Assembly (NCBI GenBank): GCA_963529965.1
Contig: CAUSDA010000001.1
Span: 22,005-86,004 of the forward strand
Length of the DNA: 64,000 nt
Reading direction: 5' to 3'
From: an uncultured Neisseria sp.
Lineage (GTDB): Bacteria; Pseudomonadota; Gammaproteobacteria; Burkholderiales; Neisseriaceae
The notes beneath the pieces are model-generated. The model did not search any database. It saw only the letters and a program-made list of their open reading frames with translations, and was not told the DNA's origin. Of the stretch, positions 19,526 to 29,532 are shown piece by piece; the first letter of the stretch is position 1, and each line of letters opens with the position of its first letter. Position numbers and translations under genes: made by a program.

Positions 19526-20011
19526 TCAGATTAATTCTGCATCGCAGCGTCTTTCGCCCATGACGGCGGCGGTCGCGTAGTGGGCTTCGCGACGGTAGTC
19601 CTCCGCCTGACTTTGCTTCATTTCGGCACGTTCGCCCGCTTTCCCTGATGGTTCCGTATCCGCGTATTTTTCCAACAGTAGGGATTTGGCATAGCAATAG
19701 ACGGCGCGGCGGTAGTGGATGGTTTTCACGGACTCGCCGTTGATAACGTCGTCTGAATCGCCAGTTTCGGCAAGCGTAGATTTGCCTACCTGAACGGCGG
19801 AAATACGGTATTTCTTGAGCTGTCCGTTGACATGTGCGACGGCTTCAAGGGCAGCGTGATATACGCGCGAACTGGATATGTTTGCCTCTATCCGCATCAC
19901 TTCGCGAAAGTTTGTTAAGTCAATAACGGGGAAAAACGGAATGCTTCGGATTTCGGATTGGTCGAATTCCTGCCGCCCTTGGTCGGGAGTGTCGGCGAAA
20001 ACCATCGTCAT
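19526..20011 (-). CDS. Head completion protein (P2 L-like)
   Basis: FFPVIDL, YRRAVYCYAK, C-terminal ELI. Confidence 0.88.
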   Translation of the reverse strand: MTMVFADTPDQGRQEFDQSEIRSIPFFPVIDLTNFREVMRIEANISSSRVYHAALEAVAHVNGQLKKYRISAVQVGKSTLAETGDSDDVINGESVKTIHYRRAVYCYAKSLLLEKYADTEPSGKAGERAEMKQSQAEDYRREAHYATAAVMGERRCDAELI

Positions 20012-20150
20012 GTTTTGTGTCCATACTGAAGAAGCCCGCCCGATATGCAGGCGGGCTTCGGAATAGAGGCGCAGAGGCTTTTACGGATAAGGCCGTCCGC
20101 GATTAATCGGGAGGACTTTCCGCAGGCTTGCGCCCGGCGGGGGGAAGATT

Positions 20151-20810
20151 TCAGCCTTCAAGCTGTTTTTTGAGTGAGGTAATACGGGATTTGACGCCGA
20201 TTTTGTCGGAATACTGCAAAGCGGATTCGTAGTAGCTTACGGCACCCTGCACGTCTCCGACTTCTTCGGCGCGTTCGCCACATGCTTTGAAAAATTTGGC
20301 GCGGACGATGTCCGTCAGATTGATTGTGTGCATGCCTGTCTCGTCATCCGTACTGCTCAAGAGGGCGAGCAATTCAGCATGATTTTCGGGACTTAAATCG
20401 GCACCGGTGGCAAATTGCTCTGCCAACTCTTCGACCAACAGGTCAGGCAAGTCGCGGCGGTAGTCGTCTTGCACCTTCATATCATGCTTGATGGCAAACA
20501 GGATGTACGGCACGGCAGTATCAAGGTCGCCAATGTCAATCAGCCACAAAAGTGCGGTAGTGAAGACAGGGTCTGATTCAGACGGCGCCCCTGCTTGGTA
20601 CACGTCTTCGAGCCACGGCAGATATTTCAAAACCATGCCTTTTTTAGCTTGGACTTTATCGGAAACCGCTTTGATTTGGCTCAATACGGCGCGGTCGGCG
20701 TTGAGGGTGGCGAGCAAGCGTCGGTACGGTTCGGCGGCATTGATGTCCTCTCCGTTTTGCGCGGCTTGCTCGGCCAAAACTTGTTGTTTATGTGCTTGGG
20801 CGGGTGTCAT
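20151..20810 (-). CDS. Terminase small/endonuclease subunit (P2 M-like)
   Basis: MTPAQAH, LWLIDIGD, KIGVKS. Confidence 0.88.
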   Translation of the reverse strand: MTPAQAHKQQVLAEQAAQNGEDINAAEPYRRLLATLNADRAVLSQIKAVSDKVQAKKGMVLKYLPWLEDVYQAGAPSESDPVFTTALLWLIDIGDLDTAVPYILFAIKHDMKVQDDYRRDLPDLLVEELAEQFATGADLSPENHAELLALLSSTDDETGMHTINLTDIVRAKFFKACGERAEEVGDVQGAVSYYESALQYSDKIGVKSRITSLKKQLEG

Positions 20811-20917
20811 TATTTTTCTTTCTGTGATGTCGTCTGAAACTCAATCGCCGCAACCCATACGGGGTGAAGCTCGTTTCAGACGACCTTTGATACAGTCAGA
20901 CGATTTGCGCCTGATTG

Positions 20918-21925
20918 CTATTTGGCGATTTTGATGTTTTCCACCAAAGCCGCTGCGCCGTACTCTTCGACAACGTAGCAGATGTTTTCCGATTGGTAGT
21001 CTGCGATGCGGTCAAATTCAGGCTCGTCCGCCAATTTGCGGCGGTGGCCGCCTTTGTGGAAGTAGATCGACAGATTTTCCAGCGGCGTAACCAGCAGGGT
21101 ATTTTTCGGGAAATATGGCACAGTAACGACCGGCAGACCGCCCAAGCGTTTTTCACTCATGATGATGTCGGCTGGACGCAGCTCGCTTGCCTTATTGCCT
21201 GCCTCTTTAATGACCGCGAAGTATTTTTCGGACAACAAAGATTGATGGCAGATAACAGTCATGCCCGGCATATCGTGGAATTCTTCGTCAATCAGGTTTT
21301 CCATGACGTCGGTAACGAGATGGTCGATTGATGTGTATGGTTTACCTGTACCGATTTCGATTGCCGTCGCAGCCCCACCCATGACGTTGGTCGCTGCATT
21401 TTCGCGCAGATGCTGTAACCAGCCTTTTTGAACATCCTGCAAGAGCGGGTTACTTGCAAAGTTGGTGGTCGCAGCGGCAGACGTGCCGTTGAAGCCGATG
21501 GCAATCAGGCTCAACGCTTTGGATTTGACGAGCTGGTTATTAATCAGCTTGACGTATTCAGGGTGGGCGCTCCAAGAGTCCATATCGTCATAGCTGACTT
21601 GAGTGTCAAAATTGACTTTTTTGCACAAATACTGGCGGTCGGTCAGGTTGTGATATGGCTTAGGTTGGCGGCGTACACTGCCGTCGCCGTTTTTGGTATC
21701 GGTACGAGAGGCATTCAGACCTGTCGATAAACCGATGATAGAACCGGCAATTTCGGTTTTGCTGATGATGTTGATTTTCTGCAAGAAGGTAGATTGCAGA
21801 CGCACCGCTTCGCGCATTTTTTGGGATACGGCGGGCTGTACGTTGAATTGTCGCGCAATACCTGCGGCGGTCGTGCCGTTGGCTTTTGCGACGGCATTGA
21901 TGTATTTCTGAATATATGGGTGCAT
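20918..21925 (-). CDS. Major capsid protein (P2 N-like)
   Basis: FLQKINI, IGFNG, NPLLQDVQKGWLQ. Confidence 0.93.
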   Translation of the reverse strand: MHPYIQKYINAVAKANGTTAAGIARQFNVQPAVSQKMREAVRLQSTFLQKINIISKTEIAGSIIGLSTGLNASRTDTKNGDGSVRRQPKPYHNLTDRQYLCKKVNFDTQVSYDDMDSWSAHPEYVKLINNQLVKSKALSLIAIGFNGTSAAATTNFASNPLLQDVQKGWLQHLRENAATNVMGGAATAIEIGTGKPYTSIDHLVTDVMENLIDEEFHDMPGMTVICHQSLLSEKYFAVIKEAGNKASELRPADIIMSEKRLGGLPVVTVPYFPKNTLLVTPLENLSIYFHKGGHRRKLADEPEFDRIADYQSENICYVVEEYGAAALVENIKIAK

Positions 21926-21944
21926 TTTTAGCCTTTACTTATTA

Positions 21945-22748
21945 TCAATATTCGGAATCTGCGACGGTTGTCGCGCCGGTGTGCGCGGCGGCGGCATTGA
22001 CAGGAGTCGATTCGACTTTTGCTTTAAATTCATCAAATTCTTTACGCAATGCCGCGTAGTCTTCGACGATTTTTTCAGTGATTTGCGCCGATTGCTCCAA
22101 TTCCTTGTTCAGGGCGGCAATTTCTTGGCTGTAATCGATTTTCTGCGGTTCTTGGCTTGGCTGTTCGGGGGCTGGTTTTTTGCTGAACATTGCATCGTGA
22201 ATGACGGCAAAAATGCCTTTTTTCTCTGTTTTCGGTTGGGTTTCGACTTGGGTCATATCTTGACTTTCCATTTGTGTGTATGCGGCTGTGAAATTAGGGT
22301 CGTCCGGAGCAATTTGTCGGAATTTGAGCATCGTTGTACCCATCGAGGCGGGCGAGTCGGTCATCGCGAGACCAACCAAATAGGCTTTGCCGGTATCGCC
22401 GAACGGCTTCATAAGTTCCATCGACGTGAAGACTTTTTCGCGGTCTTTGATGTATCCCAGCATCTTCTCGGTAGGGTCGATACGGGCATACAAACGGGTC
22501 ACGCCGTCGGTCGTTTCGGCTTTGAGTTCGAGGACGTCGCCCAAGCCCGAATAGTCGTTTTTTGGGCTGTATGGTCGGTAATGTTCGAGATTGATGCGCG
22601 CGCCGTACAACTCTGGGTCATAGGCAGCGGCGGCGGCAATCAGGTCGGCGGATTCGATGTTGCGTCCGTCAACGGTTGCCCCTGATTTGCCGATGCAAAA
22701 CCAGCGGTCGCTAAATTTTTCTTGGGTTGATTTGGAGGATTTATCCAT
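21945..22748 (-). CDS. Capsid scaffolding protein/protease (P2 O-like)
   Basis: GATVDGR, INLEH, GLAMTDSPASMGT. Confidence 0.92.
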   Translation of the reverse strand: MDKSSKSTQEKFSDRWFCIGKSGATVDGRNIESADLIAAAAAYDPELYGARINLEHYRPYSPKNDYSGLGDVLELKAETTDGVTRLYARIDPTEKMLGYIKDREKVFTSMELMKPFGDTGKAYLVGLAMTDSPASMGTTMLKFRQIAPDDPNFTAAYTQMESQDMTQVETQPKTEKKGIFAVIHDAMFSKKPAPEQPSQEPQKIDYSQEIAALNKELEQSAQITEKIVEDYAALRKEFDEFKAKVESTPVNAAAAHTGATTVADSEY

Positions 22749-22800
22749 TTTTGCCTGCTTTGGTGGTTGTCCGCTTTATTTTGTCATTTGCGCGGAACGA

Positions 22801-22836
22801 GGCAAGCAGCAGGGTTTTTTCATGTGATTTTCAAGT
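22801..22836 (-). promoter_or_regulatory. Late promoter motif upstream of O
   Basis: 36-bp motif that aligns ungapped with 43904-43939 and 52966-53001. Confidence 0.6.
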
Positions 22837-22903
22837 CATGCCGAATGGGCGGCGCGGGCGGATTTGCCCGAAAATCGGAAAATTGAAGATATTTTTTGAA
22901 CTA

Positions 22904-24730
22904 ATGGAAAAACGTCAAAACATCGAAATCGCGCAGAATATAGACCCGCGCCTAGTGGCGCGGTCGCTCTATTGGCAGGGCTGGAAGATTACCGCCATCG
23001 GGCGGCATTTGGGGCTGAAGCCCGCCACGGTGCATTCTTGGAAGCAACGGGAAAACTGGGACGGCGGCACGCCGATGCAGCGCGTCGCGTCATCCATCGA
23101 AGCGCGCCTAATCCAACTCGTCAACCTGCCCAACAAATCAGACGGCGTTTACAAAGAGATGCGCCAACTTTCCGCACTGATGGTCGGGGAGGGTAAAAGG
23201 TCGTCTGAAAAATCGGAAATGCCGAAGGACAACCGCTTTGACGGCGCAGACAAGCCGCCTTTTGACAGCGTGCCGACCATTGACCGCCCGCCGCGTGAAC
23301 ATACCGAGCGCACCGAGCGCAGCCGCACCCGCTCCGTCGAAAAACCGCCGAAAAACTATATCGCGCCAGAGCAACAACAGCGCATGATTGAGATTTTTAA
23401 GGAACAATGTTTCGATTATCAGCGGTATTGGGGCGAGATTTACCGGACGCACCGTTTCCGCAATATCTTAAAAAGCCGCCAAATCGGCGCGACTTTCTAT
23501 TTTGCCCGCGAAGCCTTCCTGACCAGCCTAAAAACGGGCATCAACTCCATTTTCCTGTCCGCGTCCCGCGCGCAGGCGTATCAGTTTAAGCAATACATCC
23601 TCAACCTCTGCAAGATGGTCGATGTCGAGCTAAAAGGTGGAGATACGATCTCGCTGCATAACGGCGCAGAACTGCATTTTTTAGGCACCAATTCGCGGAC
23701 GGCACAGGGTCGCAACGGCAACTTGTATGTCGACGAATATTTCTGGATTCCCGATTTCGAGCGTTTGCAAACGCTGGCCGAGCCGATGGCAAGTCAAAAG
23801 CACCTGAAAACGACCTATTTTTCTACGCCGTCATCCGAAGGCCACCCCGCTTACGGCTTTTGGTCGGGCGCGATGTTTAACGAAGGCCGTCCCCGAAGAG
23901 AGCATATCAAGCTCGATTTGAGCCATGCCGCTTTAAAACACGGTCGTCAGGATGCCGATGCGCAATGGCGGCAAATCGTCACGATTCATGATGCACAGGA
24001 ATCGGGCTGCAACCTCTTTGATATTGATTACCTTCGCCAGCGCAACTCGCCCGACAAGTTCGCGCAGCTCTTTGAATGTCAATTCGTCCCGGACGGCGAA
24101 GGCGTGTTTCATTTTGCCGACCTGCAAGCCTGCGGCGTCGAATCGTGGGATTGGACTTGGTACAAACCTGACATGATGCGTCCCGCTGGGAATATCCCTG
24201 TATGGATAGGCTACGACCCGAGCTATACCGGCGACGCGTCCGGCTTGGTGGTCGCTGTTCCGCCGCAACGCAACGGCGAGCCATTCCGAATTTTAGAAAC
24301 ACACATGATTAATGGGGCAGACTTTGAATCTCAGGCAAAAATCATTCGCAGCATGACCGAGAAATTCAATGTTGCCAAAATCGTCATCGACGCAAACGGT
24401 ATCGGCGCGGCGGTGTACGACCTTGTTAAAAAATTCTATCCGCCCGCCATCGGCATGACCTACACGCCCGATATTAAAGGGATGATGGTTTTAAAAACGC
24501 AGAATCTGCTCAAAAACAAACGTATCGAGTGGGACGCGGGGAAAATTGATTTGCAGATGGCGTTTTTATCCGTCCGACGCGCCATTACTGCCAGCGGACG
24601 GAACATCACTTACGAATCGACGCGCAGCAAAGCCGCCAGTCATGGCGACTTAGCTTGGGCAGCGATGATGTTGTTTTATCAAGAGCCGCTGGACAATGTT
24701 GTCAGCGGACGATTTGAGATTGATAGTTAA
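22904..24730 (+). CDS. Terminase ATPase subunit (P2 P-like)
   Basis: LKSRQIGATFYFAREA, VDEYFW, GYDPS, HGDLAWA; start inferred at 22904. Confidence 0.93.
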   Translation: MEKRQNIEIAQNIDPRLVARSLYWQGWKITAIGRHLGLKPATVHSWKQRENWDGGTPMQRVASSIEARLIQLVNLPNKSDGVYKEMRQLSALMVGEGKRSSEKSEMPKDNRFDGADKPPFDSVPTIDRPPREHTERTERSRTRSVEKPPKNYIAPEQQQRMIEIFKEQCFDYQRYWGEIYRTHRFRNILKSRQIGATFYFAREAFLTSLKTGINSIFLSASRAQAYQFKQYILNLCKMVDVELKGGDTISLHNGAELHFLGTNSRTAQGRNGNLYVDEYFWIPDFERLQTLAEPMASQKHLKTTYFSTPSSEGHPAYGFWSGAMFNEGRPRREHIKLDLSHAALKHGRQDADAQWRQIVTIHDAQESGCNLFDIDYLRQRNSPDKFAQLFECQFVPDGEGVFHFADLQACGVESWDWTWYKPDMMRPAGNIPVWIGYDPSYTGDASGLVVAVPPQRNGEPFRILETHMINGADFESQAKIIRSMTEKFNVAKIVIDANGIGAAVYDLVKKFYPPAIGMTYTPDIKGMMVLKTQNLLKNKRIEWDAGKIDLQMAFLSVRRAITASGRNITYESTRSKAASHGDLAWAAMMLFYQEPLDNVVSGRFEIDS

Positions 24731-24739
24731 AGGATTTTT

Positions 24740-25756
24740 ATGTCTGATTTGAATTCGACGGGCAATGAAGCCCGTACAGATTTAGAGATTTTCAGTTGGG
24801 GCTACGACGAGCGTTTGTCTTGGCTCGGCGCGGCGTGGGAATGCGCCGACAACGGCCATTACTACGAACTGCCCGTCAATCAAGAGGACTTGATCGGATT
24901 GCTGCGTGCCGGCGTACATCATTCGTCCGCGCTGCATTGCAAACTGAATGTCTTAACCTCCACCTTCGAGCCGACTGCGCTTTTAAGCCGCGCCGAATTC
25001 AAAAAGCTGGCTTTTAATTTCCTAGTCACCGGCAATGGTTATCTATCGGCGGAGCGTAACCGCTTCGGCAAGGTCTTGGGATTCAAAAACCGCCTGTCCG
25101 TTTATATGCGGCGGTCGTCTAAAAAATACGAAAAAGACGGTTACTTTTATCTGCGGTCGCACGTCATCGCGACGGCTGACTTTATCCCAAAATCCGACAT
25201 TATCCATCTGATGCAGCCCGATTTGGTGCAGGAAGTTTACGGCATTCCCGACTATTTGGCGGGCTTAAGTTCGGCAGAGCTTAACCACTCGGCGACGACC
25301 TTCCGCCGCCGCTACTACGACAACGGTAGCCATGCAGGCTTTATCGTGTACGCAACCGACAACAATATGAATAACGACGATTGGAACAATCTCAAGGACC
25401 AATTTAAAAAAGCGCAACGCGAAGGCAATTTCCGCAATGTCTTTTTGCGCTCGCCTGACGGTAAACCTGAAGGTATCAAACTGATTCCGATTTCAGAGGT
25501 TGCCGCCAAGGATGAATTTTTAAATATTAAAGGAGTAACCTCCCAAGATATGCTGACGATACATCGCGTCCCACCGTCATTGATGGGTGTTGTCCCGACG
25601 GCGGCGGGCGGATTGGGTGATGCCCGGACGGCGGCGGAAGTGTTCGCCGCAAATGAAATCGAGCCGATACAGGCGGCGTTTCTTGAAGCCAACGACGCAT
25701 TCGGCGCGGAAGTGTTTAGATTTAAGCCGTACACGTTGGCAACAGTCGGGAAATAG
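24740..25756 (+). CDS. Portal protein (P2 Q-like)
   Basis: HHSSAL, QEVYGIPDY, YYDNGSHAGFI, HRVPP. Confidence 0.93.
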   Translation: MSDLNSTGNEARTDLEIFSWGYDERLSWLGAAWECADNGHYYELPVNQEDLIGLLRAGVHHSSALHCKLNVLTSTFEPTALLSRAEFKKLAFNFLVTGNGYLSAERNRFGKVLGFKNRLSVYMRRSSKKYEKDGYFYLRSHVIATADFIPKSDIIHLMQPDLVQEVYGIPDYLAGLSSAELNHSATTFRRRYYDNGSHAGFIVYATDNNMNNDDWNNLKDQFKKAQREGNFRNVFLRSPDGKPEGIKLIPISEVAAKDEFLNIKGVTSQDMLTIHRVPPSLMGVVPTAAGGLGDARTAAEVFAANEIEPIQAAFLEANDAFGAEVFRFKPYTLATVGK

Positions 25757-25789
25757 GAAAAGGTCGTCTGAAATATTTCAGACGACCTT

Positions 25790-26836
25790 TTACTTTATTC
25801 TATCTCCAATCCATCGCATGACTGGAACTGCCATACTGTTTCCGATTGCCATGTATCGCGGAGTGTCTGGGCATTGTTCGGCTGGCTTGTTTCGCCACGG
25901 AATCCGAGTGTAGTTATCCGGGAATCCTTGCAGCCTTTCGCATTCAATTGGAGTTAGTTTTCGTACTTTTGGATAATTTATAACGCAATTGCCGTTACAA
26001 ATTTGGTCTGAGTTAACGCCCCATTCGGTGTTTAACGTTGCTCCAATTTTGGAGATTAATAAAGTTTCACTACCACCAGACAGCGCGCCGCCTGTTCTTT
26101 TTACTGTGCCGCCGATATCGGATTCTCGATATGTTCCAAAGCTGCTTTCAATAAAGGCGGAAGATTCTTCCCCCTTTTTCCTGCCCTGTCCAAGATTCCT
26201 GCTTTCGCCCGGTTGCTCAAATAGTATTTGGGCGACACGTCTGTTTCGATTACCTGCCACAAGAAACACTCTTCGGCGACGTTGGTGGACTCCGAAATAT
26301 TTGGCATCCAAGATTCGCCATGCGATTTCGCATTCGTACGAACGCACAATACCTGCACCCGTCCATCTTCCCCCTGTTGGGACAAGCTCTTTGGATTCGC
26401 CAAGCAAAGCTGCCAAAAAACATCCGAAGGCGTTGTCTCGTGTTGATAAGACGCCGGGGACGTTTTCCCACAGTACAACTGCGTCGGGCAGTCCGTAGCG
26501 TCTTCGAATAGTGTTAATTGCATTTAAAATCCTTACAAAAACAAGCGTCAGGTTTCCGCGTTCGTCATTTAGGCTGTTTCTTAAGCCGGCAACCGAAAAA
26601 GCCTGGCAAGGTGTCCCGCCGACCAAAATATCAGGTGCTTCAATTTCGCCTGACAAAATCCGCTCCGGTAACGTCGTCATGTCGCCATAGTTCGGGACGC
26701 TTGGGTAGTGGTGTGCCAAGACGGCGCATGGGAATGGCTCTATTTCCGAGAACCATGCCGGTTCAAATCCCATCCCCTGCCACGCTACGGATACCGCTTC
26801 AATTCCGCTGCAAACGCTGCCGTACCTCAAAACCAT
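25790..26836 (-). CDS. C5-cytosine DNA methyltransferase
   Basis: SVCSGIEA (I), GTPCQAFS (IV), ENVPG (VI), QRRRRVF (VIII), RKLTPIECERLQGFP (IX), IGNS (X). Confidence 0.93.
   Translation of the reverse strand: MVLRYGSVCSGIEAVSVAWQGMGFEPAWFSEIEPFPCAVLAHHYPSVPNYGDMTTLPERILSGEIEAPDILVGGTPCQAFSVAGLRNSLNDERGNLTLVFVRILNAINTIRRRYGLPDAVVLWENVPGVLSTRDNAFGCFLAALLGESKELVPTGGRWTGAGIVRSYECEIAWRILDAKYFGVHQRRRRVFLVAGNRNRRVAQILFEQPGESRNLGQGRKKGEESSAFIESSFGTYRESDIGGTVKRTGGALSGGSETLLISKIGATLNTEWGVNSDQICNGNCVINYPKVRKLTPIECERLQGFPDNYTRIPWRNKPAEQCPDTPRYMAIGNSMAVPVMRWIGDRIK
26101..26523 (-). CDS. Nested alternative-frame ORF within the MTase (140 aa)
   Basis: AAGGA 6 nt before ATG; contains LWQVIETDVSPKYYLS...GILDRA..RGK.LP. 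Confidence 0.6.
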   Translation of the reverse strand: MQLTLFEDATDCPTQLYCGKTSPASYQHETTPSDVFWQLCLANPKSLSQQGEDGRVQVLCVRTNAKSHGESWMPNISESTNVAEECFLWQVIETDVSPKYYLSNRAKAGILDRAGKRGKNLPPLLKAALEHIENPISAAQ

Positions 26837-26839
26837 TTA

Positions 26840-27034
26840 TTAATCCTTGTATAAATACTCGTCCCGCATTCTGATTACTTCCTCCCGCTTGTAGAGGTTG
26901 TCCCGTCCCACCAACTTCGGCTGCGGTATCAGCCCCGCCCGGCGGCGCGCCCAAATGGTTGTCGTGGACGGCGGCTTTTTGCCCGGTATCGTCCATAGTT
27001 TCTTCACTTCGTCCAGGGTAATGTATTCGCCCAT
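26840..27034 (-). CDS. AlpA/excisionase-like small DNA-binding protein
   Basis: YITLDEV...STTTIWARRRAGLIPQP, wHTH pattern. Confidence 0.65.
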   Translation of the reverse strand: MGEYITLDEVKKLWTIPGKKPPSTTTIWARRRAGLIPQPKLVGRDNLYKREEVIRMRDEYLYKD

Positions 27035-27054
27035 TTTTATTCCTTTCCTATTGG

Positions 27055-29412
27055 TCAGTTTCGATTAATCAATTTTTCATTCATTGCCAGCGACGCTTCA
27101 CGGGCGGCGCGGGCGGATTCGAGGACGCTTTCGACGGTGTCGTATTGCGGTTTTTCGTAACGTACAGTCTTCGCGCGGATATTGGCTTCGTCGGCGGCTT
27201 TGATGGCGGCGAAGTCGAAAACAGGTTCTTTCGGTGTCAATCCGCTGACGAGCGGACGGCGCAGTTTTTCAATACCGTGGATGTATTCGCGGTAGTTTCG
27301 TTGTTTTTCGCAGGCGGATTCGTTTCGGATGGCGGTATCTTTCGCCGCTTCCTCGATTTTTTCGCGGGTTTCGCGGCTCATGTATCTCAGCTCTTCGATG
27401 CTGGCCATATCAATCATGTCTTTTTGATATTCATTTTCCAGTTCCGGGCTTAATCCTGCTTCCGCCAAACCGACGGCGTTTTGCACCGAAAAACCGTGTT
27501 TCCAAATAAGCCATTCTACGGATTCGGTTTTTTCAAGGTCGGTCAGGGTTGCGGCGGCTGGGCGTCTGCTGAATTTTTGTGCAGATTCGGGGTCGAATTT
27601 CATTTTCGTAGAGTTATTGACACAAGTCCAAGCGGCGGCGGTGCCGCCGTTTTTCTTCAAAACCCACGAATGGACGCGCGAAATTTCGACGCGTCCGGTT
27701 GCTTTTTCGTAAACGCCCATGATGCGGTCGGCAGGGATTTCGCCGTAGCAGTTCGGCTCGGTTGCCTCTTCGCGGTACAGTCCGAGACGGACGTCTTTAC
27801 GAGATACAGATTCGCCGCCCAAAAGGACGGTAAAACGCATCCAGTCGCCCATGTCGGCAGCCTGTTGGGCGAGCATTAAAAGGTCGTCCGAAGCGTCTGG
27901 GTTGATTCGGCGCAGTTCGCGCCAGATGGTAACGGGGCAGCCGCCGATTTGCTGAAACTGGCGGATACCGTGATGACTTGCCCATGCGTCCACGCGGACG
28001 GCGGTTTCCGCCATGCTCAACAGCGCGTCAGACTCATAGTCAACGCCCAAGCCGTCGCCGCTTTGACTTTTGCCGTCAATGTTTTTGGCGATATATTTGG
28101 CGATATAACCGGCAGCCGAACCGCGCGCCCAGTTGATAGCTTCAAAGTCAACGCGGGCAGAGGCGGGGCTTTGCTTCCAAAATTTAAAGTATTTGGATTC
28201 CCAGAATTTCGCCTCGGTTTTCAGACCGGCGCGAATGGCGGCGAGCGTAGGCGCGCTGCCTTGTTCTTCACGGATTTTCGATTGGATTCGGCGGGCTTCC
28301 GCGTCCGCTTCTTTTGCCGTCGCCAAGTATTTCAAACCCAGCTCTTCGCGGTTTTCACGACAGGCGTGTTTCGCCACGACGCGGCGGAAGGTAAGGCGGT
28401 GTTGCTCTTCCATGAAGACAAGCCCGTGCCAGTGCGGCGTACCGTCGTGATGCGGCTCGGCAACGCGGAAGCCGTAGATTTTGATTTTCAGGCGACCTAA
28501 TTCCGCATTGATACGACCCCATACTTTATTCAAGTAAGCCTGCGCCTGCGACGGCGTTTCTCCGCTGAATTTCTCGTTCGGCTTGCCGAAGTGGTGCATA
28601 CGGTGCATACGGGACGGGCAGGTAATCGTAAAGAATTCGCCGACGTGGTTTTTCAGGCGGGCGATTTCCTCGAAGCCGCGAATACGCACCATCAATTCGG
28701 CGCGGCGCAGGGCGGGGTTTGAGACAGAGACTTCGGACAAAGCCTCAAGCGTAAATTCTTGCCCCAGCTCATTAATCGCAATCATGGTTTGCAGCATGGC
28801 AAGGTTGCGACGCTTTTGCGCCAAACGGCGGAATACCGCTTCATCAGAGGCATAGAGTCCCGTTTTGCGGGACACAAAGCCAGCCTCGCGGCGGTAGCGT
28901 TCGGCGGCGCGCGCGAAAATGCGGCGAAGCTGTCGACGCCAAAACTTCGGAGCTTTCAGACGAGCCTCAATCGCTTCGGGGATTTTGTCCTTGAATACTT
29001 TTTTGGTATCGATGCCGTATTCGGAAGCGGCATAATGGATCAGACCGGCGAGACTCCAGCCGATACGTTTCTTGAAATAAATATCTTTGGCGGCAGCCTC
29101 GGCGAGGACACGGATGTCGTCGTCCGAAGCGTCCAAACCTGCCGAACGGACGGCAGGCGGCAGAATGGTCAGATTGTCGAGCAAGGTTTTCAGACCGTCT
29201 TCGGCGCGGACACGCGCGGCGGCGGGCTGAATGCCGCTGTCCAACTGACGGACGACTAAATCGGTAAAGAACGAGCGCGCTTTTGACGCTTCGGCAGGTT
29301 TCAGGCTTTCAAATCCCTCACGCAACACGGGCGGAATCAGCAAAAAGGCTTTGGCGGCGTAGTCTTGCTGCGCCGCCTTGCCTTTAATAACGTTATTGCT
29401 GATATTGCCCAT
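27055..29412 (-). CDS. Rolling-circle replication endonuclease (P2 A-like)
   Basis: TITCPSRMH, EPHHDGTPHWH, GYIAKYIAKNIDG, IRQFQQIG. Confidence 0.94.
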   Translation of the reverse strand: MGNISNNVIKGKAAQQDYAAKAFLLIPPVLREGFESLKPAEASKARSFFTDLVVRQLDSGIQPAAARVRAEDGLKTLLDNLTILPPAVRSAGLDASDDDIRVLAEAAAKDIYFKKRIGWSLAGLIHYAASEYGIDTKKVFKDKIPEAIEARLKAPKFWRRQLRRIFARAAERYRREAGFVSRKTGLYASDEAVFRRLAQKRRNLAMLQTMIAINELGQEFTLEALSEVSVSNPALRRAELMVRIRGFEEIARLKNHVGEFFTITCPSRMHRMHHFGKPNEKFSGETPSQAQAYLNKVWGRINAELGRLKIKIYGFRVAEPHHDGTPHWHGLVFMEEQHRLTFRRVVAKHACRENREELGLKYLATAKEADAEARRIQSKIREEQGSAPTLAAIRAGLKTEAKFWESKYFKFWKQSPASARVDFEAINWARGSAAGYIAKYIAKNIDGKSQSGDGLGVDYESDALLSMAETAVRVDAWASHHGIRQFQQIGGCPVTIWRELRRINPDASDDLLMLAQQAADMGDWMRFTVLLGGESVSRKDVRLGLYREEATEPNCYGEIPADRIMGVYEKATGRVEISRVHSWVLKKNGGTAAAWTCVNNSTKMKFDPESAQKFSRRPAAATLTDLEKTESVEWLIWKHGFSVQNAVGLAEAGLSPELENEYQKDMIDMASIEELRYMSRETREKIEEAAKDTAIRNESACEKQRNYREYIHGIEKLRRPLVSGLTPKEPVFDFAAIKAADEANIRAKTVRYEKPQYDTVESVLESARAAREASLAMNEKLINRN

Positions 29413-29441
29413 GATTTTTTCCTGTAAAAGGTCGTCTGAAA

Positions 29442-29482
29442 TACCCGTCTGTCCGAGTAGTCAAGCGTCTGTCCGCTTTGTC
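29442..29482 (-). repeat. Double-hairpin motif, diverged copy
   Basis: Minus strand GACAAAGC-GGACAGAC-GCTTGACTACTC-GGACAGAC-GGGTA. Confidence 0.65.
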
Positions 29483-29532
29483 TTTGCTCCGTTAGAATGG
29501 AAGCTCCTAAACAACCTTCCCGGAGAAATGAA

